Shown piece after piece: positions 1 through 10,038 of a DNA stretch of 32,000 nt. This stretch comes from Pseudothioglobus sp. nBUS_23 (lineage in GTDB: Bacteria; Pseudomonadota; Gammaproteobacteria; PS1; Pseudothioglobaceae). The position numbers and the translations under genes were made by a program. Numbering within the stretch: the first letter of the stretch is position 1; every line of letters begins with the position of its first letter. The notes beneath the pieces are model-generated. The model worked only from the letters and a program-made list of their open reading frames with translations. It was not told where the DNA came from and ran no database searches. Location of the stretch: contig NZ_CP179200.1 of the NCBI RefSeq assembly GCF_051201565.1, positions 180,001 to 212,000 of the forward strand, given 5' to 3'.

Positions 1-1346
1 TGGGTCATGGGAGGGGAGCTGCGTATGGTGCAACTGTGTCAAACTTGTTAAGAAATGCTGGGTTCCTCGTTGACAATGAGTACTATGTGAATGACGCTGG
101 TAGGCAGATGGATATTTTAACAGTCAGTATTTATTTGCGCTATTTAACTATTTGTGGAGAAAGTTTGAGGTTCCCCGACAATGGTTATCAAGGCCAGTAT
201 ATTCATGATATTGCTCAAGTAATTTATGAGGCTAGTGGACAAGAATTCCATCTAAAGTCAGATTTGGTTTTTGAAAATGTATCTAAAGATGGCTCTGAAG
301 GGGGTGATAAGGAGATACATATCGATCAGTTAATTGAGAGGGCTAAGTCTGTATTGGGAGATCGCTTTAAGGCGGTTTTTAAGGCTGGAATTGAAAGTAT
401 TTTGGGTGGGATAAAAAATGATTTAGCTGAATTTGGAGTAATTTTTGAAAAATGGTTTTCAGAACAGTCATTGATCGATAGCGGTCTTTCAGAAGCCTGT
501 ATTTCAAAGCTAAAGGACAGCAAGAACTTGTACGAGAAAGATGGAGCATTATGGTTTAAGACAACAAACTATGGCGATGAAAAAGATCGTGTCGTCGTTC
601 GTGATAATGGAAACCATACATATTTTGCATCTGATATTGCCTATCACCTTGAAAAACTGGAGAGGGGTTATGACAAAATTATTAATGTCTGGGGTGCAGA
701 TCATCACGGATATATCCCAAGAGTTAAAGCTTCAATTGAGGCGTTAGGCCACGACCCAAATAAGCTTGAGATTTTGTTAGTCCAGTTTGCAAATCTTTAT
801 CGCGGTGGGAGTAAGGTTCAAATGTCTACGCGAAGTGGCTCTTTTGTTACACTTGAAGATCTTAGAGCAGAAGTAGGAAATGATGCTGCGCGTTTTTTTT
901 ATATCCTTAGAAAATCAGAGCAACATATGGACTTTGATTTAGATTTGGCAAAATCTAAAACTAATGAAAATCCTGTTTACTATATTCAATATGCCCATGC
1001 TCGAATTTGTTCGGTTTTTAGGCAGGCAGATGAAAAAGAGATAGAGCTGGATGTTAGCCAGACAAATTTAGCACTACTTACTGAAGAGATTGAAAAGGAT
1101 CTCTTAAGAGAGCTGAGTCGATTTAAGAGTGTTTTGGAATCATCAGCGATTCAATATGAGCCTCATCAGTTAGCTTATTACCTCAGAGATCTCTCTAATC
1201 ATTTTCATAGTTACTATAATGCCTGCAAGTTTATCGTTGATGATAAAAATCTAACGCAAGCGAGATTGGCACTGATCAGTGCTACACAGCAAATACTCAA
1301 AAATGGACTTTCAATTCTAGGAGTAGGCGCTCCAGAGTCAATGTGA
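1..1346 (+). CDS. argS: Arginyl-tRNA synthetase, C-terminal ~447 codons (5' end lies upstream of the window)
   Basis: The frame is open from base 3 ([16 protein letters not shown]...), so the Met listed at 36 is internal. ArgRS-typical segments are present: [14 protein letters not shown], the KMSKS-equivalent loop [12 protein letters not shown], and a C-terminal anticodon-binding (DALR-type) domain ending ...LGVGAPESM. Stop TGA at 1344-1346. Confidence 0.93.
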   Translation, partial: GHGRGAAYGATVSNLLRNAGFLVDNEYYVNDAGRQMDILTVSIYLRYLTICGESLRFPDNGYQGQYIHDIAQVIYEASGQEFHLKSDLVFENVSKDGSEGGDKEIHIDQLIERAKSVLGDRFKAVFKAGIESILGGIKNDLAEFGVIFEKWFSEQSLIDSGLSEACISKLKDSKNLYEKDGALWFKTTNYGDEKDRVVVRDNGNHTYFASDIAYHLEKLERGYDKIINVWGADHHGYIPRVKASIEALGHDPNKLEILLVQFANLYRGGSKVQMSTRSGSFVTLEDLRAEVGNDAARFFYILRKSEQHMDFDLDLAKSKTNENPVYYIQYAHARICSVFRQADEKEIELDVSQTNLALLTEEIEKDLLRELSRFKSVLESSAIQYEPHQLAYYLRDLSNHFHSYYNACKFIVDDKNLTQARLALISATQQILKNGLSILGVGAPESM

Positions 1347-4300
1347 ATGATCAAAAACAAAGGGATGACGCATTAAATGTACGCGACTCCTTCATCGTTC
1401 AAGCCCCTGCAGGCTCTGGAAAAACCGAACTTATCTCACAAAGATACTTGAAATTACTCGGCTCTGCCGATGAGCCAGAAAATATATTAGTAATGACTTT
1501 CACGAATAGAGCAGTAGATGAGCTCAAGCATCGAGTCATAAGTTCATTAAATCAAGCTAAAGAAAAACCTCCTATTGAGAAATTTAAAAGAAAAACTTTT
1601 GATCTCGCTACTAAGGCTTTAAACCAATCTCACAAGAGGGGGTGGGACCTTGTCAATCACCCTTCTCGGCTAAAAATAATTACTATCGACTCATTGTCTA
1701 ATCTAATAGTTTCTAGATTCCCCTCTCTTGAGCAATTGATTCCGCCAAGAACTATGGTTGACTCTTTTGAGTACGACATAATTTATCGTCAGGCCGCAGA
1801 AGAGACACTATTGCTTATAGAGGATGATGAGTATCAAAAAATTATTTCATCAGTCTTGCTTTATCTTGACAATGATGTAGAAAGGTTCTATCGACTTGTA
1901 GAGCAAATGCTTAAAAAAAGAGAGCAGTGGCTTCCAAAAATATATGCCAAAGGCGCTTTAGATATTAGTCATATCGAAGATTTTTCTGGTGAATTGATTA
2001 CTGATCACCTCAAATCACTCAGAACGCAAGCACAAAAAATACTTAGTCCTAATTTTTTTTCTCTTCTTAGAGAGAATGCAAGAGAAGATGTATCGAGTAT
2101 TACCCATCTTCCTGGTGTAGAACCCAGTGATTTGAAGGATTGGAAAATTATTTCTGAACTCTTAATAACTAAAAGTAATAGTAACTGGAGAAAGAGAGTC
2201 GATGTGAAAATGGGCTTTCCTCCCGAACTCAAGGAAGAGAAAAACATGTTTAAAGAAATCCTTGAGGGACTAGATGGAAAAATAGATTTCAAAGAACTGC
2301 TTATCAATTTAGATTTTTTGCCAAGTAGCAAGCTTCCAGAATCCCTTAAAAAATCTATTTCAGACATAGTTCAAGTTTTGAAGCTTAGTGTTGCAAAACT
2401 AAGCATAATTTTTGATCAAGAAAAACTACAAGATTTTTCTGAGGTCAATATTAAGGCAATAAATGCTTTAGATAGTCGAGATGAGATAAGTGACATTGCC
2501 TTACTGTTGGATTACCAAATCAAGCATGTTCTGGTTGATGAATTTCAAGATACTTCATACTCACAATTCAACTTGATAGAGAGGCTGATCAGTGGATGGC
2601 AGCAAGATGATGGAAAAACGTTATTTCTTGTTGGTGACCCAATGCAGTCAATCTACAAATTTAGAGAATCACAGGTTGGAATCTTTCTCAATGTTGCTCA
2701 AAATGGAATTGGTAGTCTAAAGGTTAAACCTCTAAAACTAAAGGCAAACTTTAGATCTAATCAAAGTATTGTTGAGACGAATAATGAAATTTTCTCTAGA
2801 ATTTTTCCTCAGAAAGATGACTTAGTTAAAGGTGCAATTCAATATACTAGTTCATTTTCATTTTCTAAAACTGAACAAAACAAAGCAGTCTCATTCTATC
2901 CTCTAGGGCCTAATAGTGACCTTGAGGAGGCTGAACAAATATATAAAATTGTTGATCAATCTCTCTCAGAAGACTCTAATAGAGAGATAGCTATTCTTGT
3001 TAGGTCAAGATCTCACCTTACAGAGATCTCTTCAGTTCTGAAAAATAATAATATTCATTTTGAGTCTTTGAAAACTGAATCCTTAAGATCTAAGCTATTC
3101 ACCAGAGATTTATTGAGTTTATCAAGATCAATTCTCAGCTTGGGTGACAAGCTCGCTTGGCTGTCTATACTTAGATCGCCATGGTGCGGTTTGAATCTAA
3201 GTGATTTATTAATTTTAAGCCAGAATAATGATCAAACTATTTTTGCTCAGCTAATGGATTTAGATTCAAAAGAGGGAATGAGTTCTGATGGACTTATGAG
3301 ATGTAAACACATTTATTTTGCAACAAGAGACGCTATTTTTGCTGAAGGTAGGTTTTCTTTCGTTGAGCGCTTCTCTTTTGTATTGGGCCAGCTGTTCAAT
3401 GATGATGAACTGACAAGCATCGAGAGAACAATTAAGTCACAGTTTCTTGAAGTGTTGAATTATTGTGAAATCAATGAAAACCTCAATGCTCATGCGATTG
3501 AGTCTATGCTCCAAGAGCTCTATGCGCCCTCTAAAGTCTCAAATGTCAAACTGATGACTGTTCATCAGTCGAAGGGCCTTGAGTTTGACACAGTTATTAT
3601 TCCAGGAATTGGCAAAAAAGGAAGGAGCGATAATCTTCCTCTCATGCAAATTCAAGAATTCCAAAATAACAAGGTTCTAATGTCGCCTATCAAGCCTTCC
3701 CACGAAAATAGTGAGAATGAAACATACCTTTATTTACAATATTTGCAAAAGCAGCAATCACATTTTGAGTTGATGAGGCTTCTGTATGTGGCTATGAGTC
3801 GAGCTAAAAATAGGGTTCACTTATTTGGTAGCGTATCAAAAAATGGAAAGGCAGTAAATGGATCGTTTTTGTCTCTATTGGACAAATACTTTGAGATTGA
3901 TTTAGATTTTGATATAGAGCAGAGTGGCACAAGCCAAACAGAGATCCGCGCACCAAAACTTCAAAGGTTAAAAAATCTTGACTCTTTATCAAATAAAAGA
4001 ATTAGTAAAACTGAGGAGAGAACAAATCATCCAAAAACTTTTGATTTAATTTATCAAGGATCAATAGGCACAATCGTTCATTTTTATTTGGAACATGGGG
4101 ACTTCAATCCTTCTCAATTGTCAGTTGAAACAAGGTTAAGAGAAATGGGGATTCCGTCAAAATTATTGAGTGCATTCTCAAATTCAATTTCAGAGATACT
4201 CTCAAAAACAAAGCATGATGAGCATTTCGAATGGCTATTTAAATATAGAGAATCAACAGAAGTCGAGTCAGAATATAGAAATGCAAGCCAATCAGTTGTT

Positions 4301-4519
4301 ATTGATCGATTATTTATTGATGATGGAACTTTATGGATTATCGATTTCAAAACTGCTTCACTAAATAAGGGCGAGACTTTGGTTGAATTTATTGAGCGAC
4401 AAAAACACTCACACCAATCTCAGATGAAAAAATACCTAGAGGTTTTAAATGATTTCTTTGATATGCCCATTAAAACAGCGATTTATTGTCCTGCAGAAAG
4501 TCAACTCATATTGCTCTAA
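1343..4519 (+). CDS. AddA/RecB-family helicase-nuclease (UvrD-like SF1 helicase with C-terminal PD-(D/E)XK nuclease), 1058 aa
   Basis: GTG at 1343 is the first ATG/GTG/TTG after the in-frame stop at 1244-1246, and it overlaps the argS stop (GTGA). SF1 motifs occur in order: APAGSGKT (Walker A), VDEFQDTS (II), [11 protein letters not shown] (III), FRSNQSIV (IV), [18 protein letters not shown] (V), [15 protein letters not shown] (VI). C-terminal RecB-type nuclease motifs: [30 protein letters not shown]. Confidence 0.85.
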   Translation: MNDQKQRDDALNVRDSFIVQAPAGSGKTELISQRYLKLLGSADEPENILVMTFTNRAVDELKHRVISSLNQAKEKPPIEKFKRKTFDLATKALNQSHKRGWDLVNHPSRLKIITIDSLSNLIVSRFPSLEQLIPPRTMVDSFEYDIIYRQAAEETLLLIEDDEYQKIISSVLLYLDNDVERFYRLVEQMLKKREQWLPKIYAKGALDISHIEDFSGELITDHLKSLRTQAQKILSPNFFSLLRENAREDVSSITHLPGVEPSDLKDWKIISELLITKSNSNWRKRVDVKMGFPPELKEEKNMFKEILEGLDGKIDFKELLINLDFLPSSKLPESLKKSISDIVQVLKLSVAKLSIIFDQEKLQDFSEVNIKAINALDSRDEISDIALLLDYQIKHVLVDEFQDTSYSQFNLIERLISGWQQDDGKTLFLVGDPMQSIYKFRESQVGIFLNVAQNGIGSLKVKPLKLKANFRSNQSIVETNNEIFSRIFPQKDDLVKGAIQYTSSFSFSKTEQNKAVSFYPLGPNSDLEEAEQIYKIVDQSLSEDSNREIAILVRSRSHLTEISSVLKNNNIHFESLKTESLRSKLFTRDLLSLSRSILSLGDKLAWLSILRSPWCGLNLSDLLILSQNNDQTIFAQLMDLDSKEGMSSDGLMRCKHIYFATRDAIFAEGRFSFVERFSFVLGQLFNDDELTSIERTIKSQFLEVLNYCEINENLNAHAIESMLQELYAPSKVSNVKLMTVHQSKGLEFDTVIIPGIGKKGRSDNLPLMQIQEFQNNKVLMSPIKPSHENSENETYLYLQYLQKQQSHFELMRLLYVAMSRAKNRVHLFGSVSKNGKAVNGSFLSLLDKYFEIDLDFDIEQSGTSQTEIRAPKLQRLKNLDSLSNKRISKTEERTNHPKTFDLIYQGSIGTIVHFYLEHGDFNPSQLSVETRLREMGIPSKLLSAFSNSISEILSKTKHDEHFEWLFKYRESTEVESEYRNASQSVVIDRLFIDDGTLWIIDFKTASLNKGETLVEFIERQKHSHQSQMKKYLEVLNDFFDMPIKTAIYCPAESQLILL

Positions 4520-4599
4520 TGAGTAGTTAAGGAAAATAACTGGACAAAGCATCAAATTCCTCCTATGATGGCAGCCAATTCTGTAAACATTTTATCTCT

Positions 4600-5763
4600 A
4601 TGTCGAAGCAAAAAAACAATGTTGGCTGGACTGACTATACTCAGAAGTATGGTGGTCGAAAAATAAAAACTATTAACCCTGATGTTCAAAGCGGCTCTTC
4701 TGTTTTGTTTGAAAACTTTGAGGATATGCAATTAGCTCTAGAGGGCAACTATCCTGGAGTAGATTATGGGACTCATGGTCTATCAACACAGAAAGCCTTT
4801 GAAGAGGCTATTTGTAGATTGGAAAATGGCCATAGAGCATATGCATTTCCCTCAGGAATTAATGCAATAACAAGTACTCTTATGGCATTTACTCAGAGTG
4901 GTGATGAGGTATTGCTTTGTGATAATGCTTATGGCCCTACTAAAAGATTTTGTCACAAAATTCTTGCTAAATATAATGTTAAGACTACTCATATTGAGTC
5001 AAATATCGGTGAAGAGATAAGTGTTTACTTTAATAACAAAACTAAACTTATTTTTCTTGAGTCACCTGGCTCTAATACATTTGAGATTCAGGATATACCG
5101 GCAATTGTTAAGGCTGCTAAAAAAGCAGGAATAATGATTATCATTGATAGTACTTGGGCGACACCTTTGTACCTAAAGTCTCTAGACCTTGGGGCAGATG
5201 TCGCTATTCAATCGGTAACAAAGTACATCTGCGGGCATTCAGATGTTTTGATGGGATGTGCTACGGTTAATGAAAAATATGCTGATGAATTTGCAAACTA
5301 TTTCGAAACTGTTGAAAACTACACCAACCCTCAGGATTGCTATTCGGCATTAAGAGGATTAAGATCGCTCAAAGTCCGATTACAGGAACATGAGAGATCG
5401 GCATTTGAGGTTGCGCATTGGCTTGAAAAACAGGATGTTGTGGATTGTGTGATACATCCTGGACTTGAGTCGCATCCTCAACACTCCTTATGGAAGAGAG
5501 ATTTTTTAGGAGCATCTGGCTTGTTCTCATTTACGTTCAAAAAGTCATATTCAGCTGATCAAATTGCCAAATTTGTTAACTCCCTTGAGATGTTTGGGCT
5601 CGCGTTTAGTTGGGGCGGTTATAAAAGTCTTTTGACTGCAAGGCCATACAAGCGTGATGGTCAATGGCTTTATAATGGTAAGCACGTAATCCGCTTAAGC
5701 ATAGGGCTTGAGGAAACAAAAGATTTAATCGAAGATTTAGAGCAAGCCTTTAAAAACCTTTAG
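4600..5763 (+). CDS. metC: Cystathionine beta-lyase (PLP-dependent Cys/Met-metabolism enzyme)
   Basis: Aligns end to end by eye with my recollection of E. coli MetC. Shared segments: PLP-lysine motif SVTKYICGHSDV, LWKRDFLGASGLFSF, AFSWGGYKSL, IRLSIGLEE...DLEQAF. At 387 aa it is the right length. Confidence 0.9.
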   Translation: MSKQKNNVGWTDYTQKYGGRKIKTINPDVQSGSSVLFENFEDMQLALEGNYPGVDYGTHGLSTQKAFEEAICRLENGHRAYAFPSGINAITSTLMAFTQSGDEVLLCDNAYGPTKRFCHKILAKYNVKTTHIESNIGEEISVYFNNKTKLIFLESPGSNTFEIQDIPAIVKAAKKAGIMIIIDSTWATPLYLKSLDLGADVAIQSVTKYICGHSDVLMGCATVNEKYADEFANYFETVENYTNPQDCYSALRGLRSLKVRLQEHERSAFEVAHWLEKQDVVDCVIHPGLESHPQHSLWKRDFLGASGLFSFTFKKSYSADQIAKFVNSLEMFGLAFSWGGYKSLLTARPYKRDGQWLYNGKHVIRLSIGLEETKDLIEDLEQAFKNL

Positions 5764-6597
5764 TTATTTCTGGGCTAGTTCCCTTTTATCGTTTACAACA
5801 GTAATGCGCTGCATATGCCTAAACTCGGGTAAATAGTCACATACAGCATAGTGCTGAGTAATCCGATTATCCCAAATGGCAACTGAGTTATTCTCCCAAT
5901 GAAATCGCACCTGAAATTCAGGTTTGTTCATGTGTTGATACAAGAACTGTAATACATGATCGCTTGGACCCTGGTTTTCATTCACAATGTTTCGTGTAAA
6001 TGATTGATTGACATTAATATATTTGAGGCCCGATACTGGATGAGTTTCTATCACCTTATGGACCGCTGAACCAACCTCTTTAAGGGCATCGTTCACAGAT
6101 GCAACACCCCCTTCTCTAAGGTAGTCGTTTCTAAATGTTCCCATATCATGTATAGCCTCAAGATTTTCTAGGTATTGCTTCCAGCCTTCAGGCAATTGAT
6201 TATAGGCAGCACTCATGCTTGCCCAAAGAGTGTCCCCTCCAAATTTAGGAACCTCAACTCCATGAAGGATGCTTGCAAAAGGGGGATTAGATTTAAATGT
6301 TAGGTCTTTGTGCCAGTCTGCCGTGTCAGGTTTATTGTTGGCATCATTTCTGAGCAGAACAATGCTTTGGTATCCCTCAACATGAGGGTAGACTGGGTGT
6401 CCAGGATCAATTTCTCCCAAGCCTTCAGCCAGACGCATGTGAGATTCAGGCGAAAGCTCTTGATCTCGAAAAAAAATCACCTGATGCTTGATCAGTGAAT
6501 CATAGATTTGATCCAGACTTTCAGAATCTAAATGATTCAGTGATACTCCCGAAATTACTGCGCCAATCGAGGGTGTTAATGGCTCTGCTTTAAGCAT
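5764..6597 (-). CDS. tauD: TauD/TfdA-family Fe(II)/2-oxoglutarate dioxygenase (taurine dioxygenase-like; true substrate not determinable from sequence)
   Basis: HxD iron ligands in DWHKDLTF. The C-terminal AIWDNRITQHYAVCDY...FRHMQRITV carries the distal His and the 2OG-binding Arg. 277 aa. GGAG Shine-Dalgarno (minus-strand complement of 6604-6607) lies 6 nt upstream of the ATG. Confidence 0.75.
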   Translation of the reverse strand: MLKAEPLTPSIGAVISGVSLNHLDSESLDQIYDSLIKHQVIFFRDQELSPESHMRLAEGLGEIDPGHPVYPHVEGYQSIVLLRNDANNKPDTADWHKDLTFKSNPPFASILHGVEVPKFGGDTLWASMSAAYNQLPEGWKQYLENLEAIHDMGTFRNDYLREGGVASVNDALKEVGSAVHKVIETHPVSGLKYINVNQSFTRNIVNENQGPSDHVLQFLYQHMNKPEFQVRFHWENNSVAIWDNRITQHYAVCDYLPEFRHMQRITVVNDKRELAQK

Positions 6598-6621
6598 CTA
6601 TAGCTCCGTTTTTTTTTGAAT

Positions 6622-6630
6622 TTTATACCA
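6622..6630 (-). promoter_or_regulatory. Candidate extended -10 element (TGGTATAAA on minus strand) upstream of the tauD-like gene
   Basis: The reverse complement of 6622-6630 reads TGGTATAAA (TGnTATAAt). It lies in the 43-bp MFS/tauD spacer, about 25 nt upstream of the tauD ATG. No convincing -35 was found, and the AT-rich context makes chance matches likely. Confidence 0.25.
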
Positions 6631-6640
6631 AAAAAACTGA

Positions 6641-7810
6641 CTAGTTAGTTTTTTTAAAAAACCACCATAGTAACACACTGAACTGTATTAACAGTAATGG
6701 CAGAACTGATAGTAGAACAACCTCCCAACTAAAATTGAATACAAACCATCCTGCAGAGAGAGCTGCCAGAGCCTGAAAACCAAACACTAAGAAGTCATTA
6801 ATGGATTGAACTTTGAATTTTTCATTTTCACTGTATGCCTGAGGAAGAAGGTTAGTGCCTCCAATAAAAAGAAAGTTCCAGCCTAGCCCAAGAAGAACGA
6901 GGGACCACCAATAATGTGTCAGAGCATGACTCATAAAGGCAATGAATACAGAGATGAAAAGAATCAAAATACCTAGAAGCATCATTTTAGTGAGACCAAT
7001 ATATTTGACTATGTAGGCCGTAAAAAGTGAGGGTAGAAACATTGCTATAACATGACTTTGAAGAACAAGTTTAGTGTGATGAAGAGAATGTCCATCCATA
7101 ACATGCATACTTACAGGAGTAGCAGTCATAATGAAACTCATGACAACATATCCCGTTGTTGCAGCAGAGACAGCAACAACAAATGAGCCCTGCTGAATGA
7201 TGCTTAATAAGGGCCGCTTTGATTTTTCTATTTGCTCCTTAAATTTTACAGCTGGCTCAAAAAAGAACATCAAAACAAACGCAATGATGAAAAGAAGTGC
7301 TAATAATAAAAATGAGCCCACAAATTCAGTATCCAGGATGCTTTTTCCAATAGTTGCAATTTCAGTACCAAGGAATGCAGAAATTAAGCCGCCGAGAAGA
7401 ACCACCGCAGTTGCTGAGGCTCTTTGGTCTTGATTCACACTCTCTATTGCTGCAAAGCGAAACTGCATCATTGTTGCTACTGTCGCTCCAAGACAAAAAC
7501 TTGCAAAACTAAACAGAAAGAATATTTCTTCAGAAATAGAAAAAATGCACAGGCCAATGAGCAGGATTGAATAAATGCATGCACTTAAAAAAACTTTTTT
7601 CCGACCAAAGATTGACATTAGTCGAATCACAGGAATCACGCTTAGAGCAGTTCCAACAACGATAGTTGCAACAGGCAGCGTTGATAAACTTTTAGTAGGC
7701 GCGAGTTCACTCCCAATAATGCCTGCAACAAAAACCATAAAAACACTCAGTGACATAAATAGGGATTGACACGCAGTCAGAATCCATACATTTTTAGGAA
7801 GATTAAGCAT
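6641..7810 (-). CDS. MFS-superfamily transporter, 389 aa, substrate unknown
   Basis: About 12 hydrophobic segments are split 6+6 by a charged central loop (KFKEQIEKSKRPLLS). An MFS motif-A-like FGRKKV follows TM2. The gene is co-directional with glmU upstream (14-bp gap) and tauD downstream. Confidence 0.75.
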   Translation of the reverse strand: MLNLPKNVWILTACQSLFMSLSVFMVFVAGIIGSELAPTKSLSTLPVATIVVGTALSVIPVIRLMSIFGRKKVFLSACIYSILLIGLCIFSISEEIFFLFSFASFCLGATVATMMQFRFAAIESVNQDQRASATAVVLLGGLISAFLGTEIATIGKSILDTEFVGSFLLLALLFIIAFVLMFFFEPAVKFKEQIEKSKRPLLSIIQQGSFVVAVSAATTGYVVMSFIMTATPVSMHVMDGHSLHHTKLVLQSHVIAMFLPSLFTAYIVKYIGLTKMMLLGILILFISVFIAFMSHALTHYWWSLVLLGLGWNFLFIGGTNLLPQAYSENEKFKVQSINDFLVFGFQALAALSAGWFVFNFSWEVVLLSVLPLLLIQFSVLLWWFFKKTN

Positions 7811-7824
7811 TATTGGTTAGATTG

Positions 7825-9180
7825 TTATTTCTTCTTAGGTCGCTTCCACTTGTCTATGGTCGACTGCTTATTTCTACTCAGAGTGAGTTTATTATCTGGT
7901 GCATTTTGAGTGATGGTCGACCCTGCCCCGATGGTTGCATTTTTTCCTATAGAGACTGGGGCAACTAGTTGACTATTAGATCCAATAAATGCTCCATCTT
8001 TAATCTCGGTTTGATGTTTATTGGCGCCATCATAATTGCAAGTAATCACACCTGCCCCAATATTTACATCATCTCCAATTTTGCTATCACCAACATAGCT
8101 CAAATGTGATACCTTAGAATTGCTCTTAATGGTAGATTTTTTAATTTCAACGAAGTTACCAACTTTAGAGTGATCTCCAATGTTTGTATCAGGTCGAATC
8201 CTAGCAAAGGGACCGATAGTTGTGCTCGAGCCAATAATCGAATTTTCAATAATCGAATTCGGAAAGATAGAGGTATTATCTCCGATTTTCGAGTCTTTTA
8301 TAATGCAGTTAGGCGAAATTAAAACATTATTACCTAAAACATTATCTCCCTCAAAAACAACATTAACATCTATAGTGCAGTCATTTCCAAAGGTCAAACC
8401 ACCTCGACAATCAAAACGACTAGGATCCATAATAGTCAGTCCTGACGACATAAAATCTTCAGCCTGTCTGACTTGATAGAATCGTTCAGCTCGAGATAGT
8501 TGTTTTTTGTCATTTATACCCATGACCTCTGACGCGTTTTCACATAGAAATGAGGCAATATTAACATTATCTTTGACAGCACTTTCAACAATATCGGTTA
8601 GATAGAGCTCCCCTTGGACATTATTGGGCTTTAATTCATTCAAATACTTCTTCAATAGAGAGCACTTAATCGCCATGATCCCAGTATTGATTTCTTTAAC
8701 ATTTTGCTGCCTTTCGCTAGCATCTTTTTGTTCTACAATAGATTGAATCAATCCATTTGTATCTCTGATTATTCTCCCGTATCCAGAAGGATCATCTAGC
8801 ACAACACTTAAAAGTGAAAATCCTGATGTACGAGCTTTAATGAGTAATTTTTCTATTGTAACGCTTTGAATAAGGGGGACATCTCCATAGAGTATTAAGC
8901 AGGTTGAGTCATCATTTAGTAATGGTACAGCTTGCTGAACAGCATGCCCAGTCCCCAGTTGTTGTTCTTGGAGGACCCAGTTAATTTTACTTTCCTTGAT
9001 TGCGGCTTTGACAGATTGAGAATTGTGCCCAACAATTACATTTATTGTTTCAACGTAATCTCTTGTGGCATCTACAACATGTTGAAGCAGACATTTGCTG
9101 CCAACCTTGTGAAGCACCTTGGCAGTTTGGGACTTCATTCTTGTGCCTTGACCAGCGGCTAATATAATGGCAGTGTTCAT
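7825..9180 (-). CDS. glmU: Bifunctional UDP-N-acetylglucosamine pyrophosphorylase / glucosamine-1-phosphate N-acetyltransferase
   Basis: N-terminal nucleotidyltransferase signature MNTAIILAAGQGTRMKS. The C-terminal half is built of hexapeptide (left-handed beta-helix) repeats (...IGDNTSI..., IGDDVNIGAGVIT...). At 451 aa it is the right length. Confidence 0.93.
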   Translation of the reverse strand: MNTAIILAAGQGTRMKSQTAKVLHKVGSKCLLQHVVDATRDYVETINVIVGHNSQSVKAAIKESKINWVLQEQQLGTGHAVQQAVPLLNDDSTCLILYGDVPLIQSVTIEKLLIKARTSGFSLLSVVLDDPSGYGRIIRDTNGLIQSIVEQKDASERQQNVKEINTGIMAIKCSLLKKYLNELKPNNVQGELYLTDIVESAVKDNVNIASFLCENASEVMGINDKKQLSRAERFYQVRQAEDFMSSGLTIMDPSRFDCRGGLTFGNDCTIDVNVVFEGDNVLGNNVLISPNCIIKDSKIGDNTSIFPNSIIENSIIGSSTTIGPFARIRPDTNIGDHSKVGNFVEIKKSTIKSNSKVSHLSYVGDSKIGDDVNIGAGVITCNYDGANKHQTEIKDGAFIGSNSQLVAPVSIGKNATIGAGSTITQNAPDNKLTLSRNKQSTIDKWKRPKKK

Positions 9181-9220
9181 CTTAATATTTGGCTGTACTT
9201 TTTATAAAACGGAATAATAA

Positions 9221-9250
9221 TTGGGGTTAATTTATTAATTTTTGTATAAT
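9221..9250 (+). promoter_or_regulatory. Candidate sigma70 promoter for the aquaporin-arsC pair
   Basis: TTGGGG (9221-9226), an 18-nt spacer ending in TG, then a perfect TATAAT (9245-9250), giving the extended -10 TGTATAAT. This implies a leader of about 105 nt before the ATG at 9361. It sits in the 180-bp divergent region shared with glmU. Confidence 0.3.
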
Positions 9251-9360
9251 GTTACCCTTTGTACCTTTTAATGGCCAAATTAAAAAAGATTTTGTAATAC
9301 AACTGTCATATTTCAATTTTATGATACTTGGCTAACTCTATCAAATGACCCAATATTTCA

Positions 9361-10029
9361 ATGTATAAGAAACTAACTGCTGAGCTACTCGGTACTTTCA
9401 TACTGGTGTTTGCAGGCACCGGAGCAATTATGATTAATGACATCGCCCAAGCAATCGGACATGTAGGTATAGCACTAACTTTTGGGTTTGTGATTGTAGC
9501 TCTGATTTATAGTTTTGCGCATGTTTCTGGTGCCCACTTCAACCCTGCAGTGACCCTAGCATTCTGGTCCATGGGCGAGTTTAATAAGAGAAATGTTATC
9601 CCCTATATTGCCGCACAAGTTACTGGCGCAGTGTTGGCTAGTTTGTGCCTTCTTTTTCTCTTATCAGAAAATTTTTCTAACGTATCTGAGGTGAGCTATT
9701 TAGGCGCAACTATTCCCAGTGGCTCTGTTTCACAATCTTTTGGTTTTGAACTTATTTTGACCTTTATATTAATGATTGTGATTTGTTCATCTGCTGTTCA
9801 TGGCAAAGCTACAAAAGATTTTGCCGGTTTAGCAATTGGACTTACTGTTGGACTTGAGTCAATGTTTGCTGGCCCAATTACTGGCGCTAGTATGAATCCA
9901 GCAAGAAGCATAGGACCCGCTATTGTTAGTGGAAACCTTGAACATCTATGGGTATATATTGTGGCAACTTGTCTAGGCGCTATGCTGGCATCGATGGTTT
10001 TTTTAAGGGTCTTTAAATCAGACAATTAG
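9361..10029 (+). CDS. MIP-family channel (aquaporin/aquaglyceroporin; candidate arsenite-permeable AqpS/AqpN-type)
   Basis: Both NPA boxes are present (SGAHFNPAVTLAF and GASMNPARSIGPA), with six hydrophobic helices. The N-terminus AELLGTFILVFAGTGA is typical of the family. It is followed after 9 bp by arsC. Confidence 0.85.
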   Translation: MYKKLTAELLGTFILVFAGTGAIMINDIAQAIGHVGIALTFGFVIVALIYSFAHVSGAHFNPAVTLAFWSMGEFNKRNVIPYIAAQVTGAVLASLCLLFLLSENFSNVSEVSYLGATIPSGSVSQSFGFELILTFILMIVICSSAVHGKATKDFAGLAIGLTVGLESMFAGPITGASMNPARSIGPAIVSGNLEHLWVYIVATCLGAMLASMVFLRVFKSDN

Positions 10030-10038
10030 GTAGGTCAG

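Noticed and set aside
2005-2367. A 120-aa minus-strand ORF inside the helicase gene. Similar antisense or alternate-frame ORFs occur at 326-523, 541-747, 3804-3992, 4114-4350 and 4170-4364.
   Set aside because: They are fully embedded in well-supported genes, have low-complexity or Ser/Leu/Lys-rich translations typical of shadow ORFs in AT-rich DNA, and show no family resemblance.
1343-4519. Reading the UvrD-like helicase-nuclease as an anti-phage defence gene (Gabija-, Nhi- or Hachiman-like).
   Set aside because: The full AddA/RecB motif set and length, a location between argS and metC with start-stop overlap onto argS, no partner defence genes, and no mobile-element or island signatures all point to a housekeeping recombination or repair role.
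6608-6637. G-T9 ... A7-C inverted repeat in the MFS/tauD spacer, considered as a terminator or attenuator.
   Set aside because: The stem would be almost entirely A-U, which is very weak. The homopolymer runs are more simply explained as AT-rich spacer, and the loop holds the candidate -10 element.
9303-9309. CTGTCAT, an exact Pho-box half-site, lies upstream of the aquaporin-arsC pair. It suggested PhoB control of arsenic genes located next to pit.
   Set aside because: The second 7-bp repeat at 11-bp spacing matches only 3/7 (caatttt). The same 7-mer occurs again at 30804-30810 upstream of gshA. A 7-mer is expected about 4 times by chance in 64 kb of two-strand sequence, so this is not enough evidence for a regulatory site.
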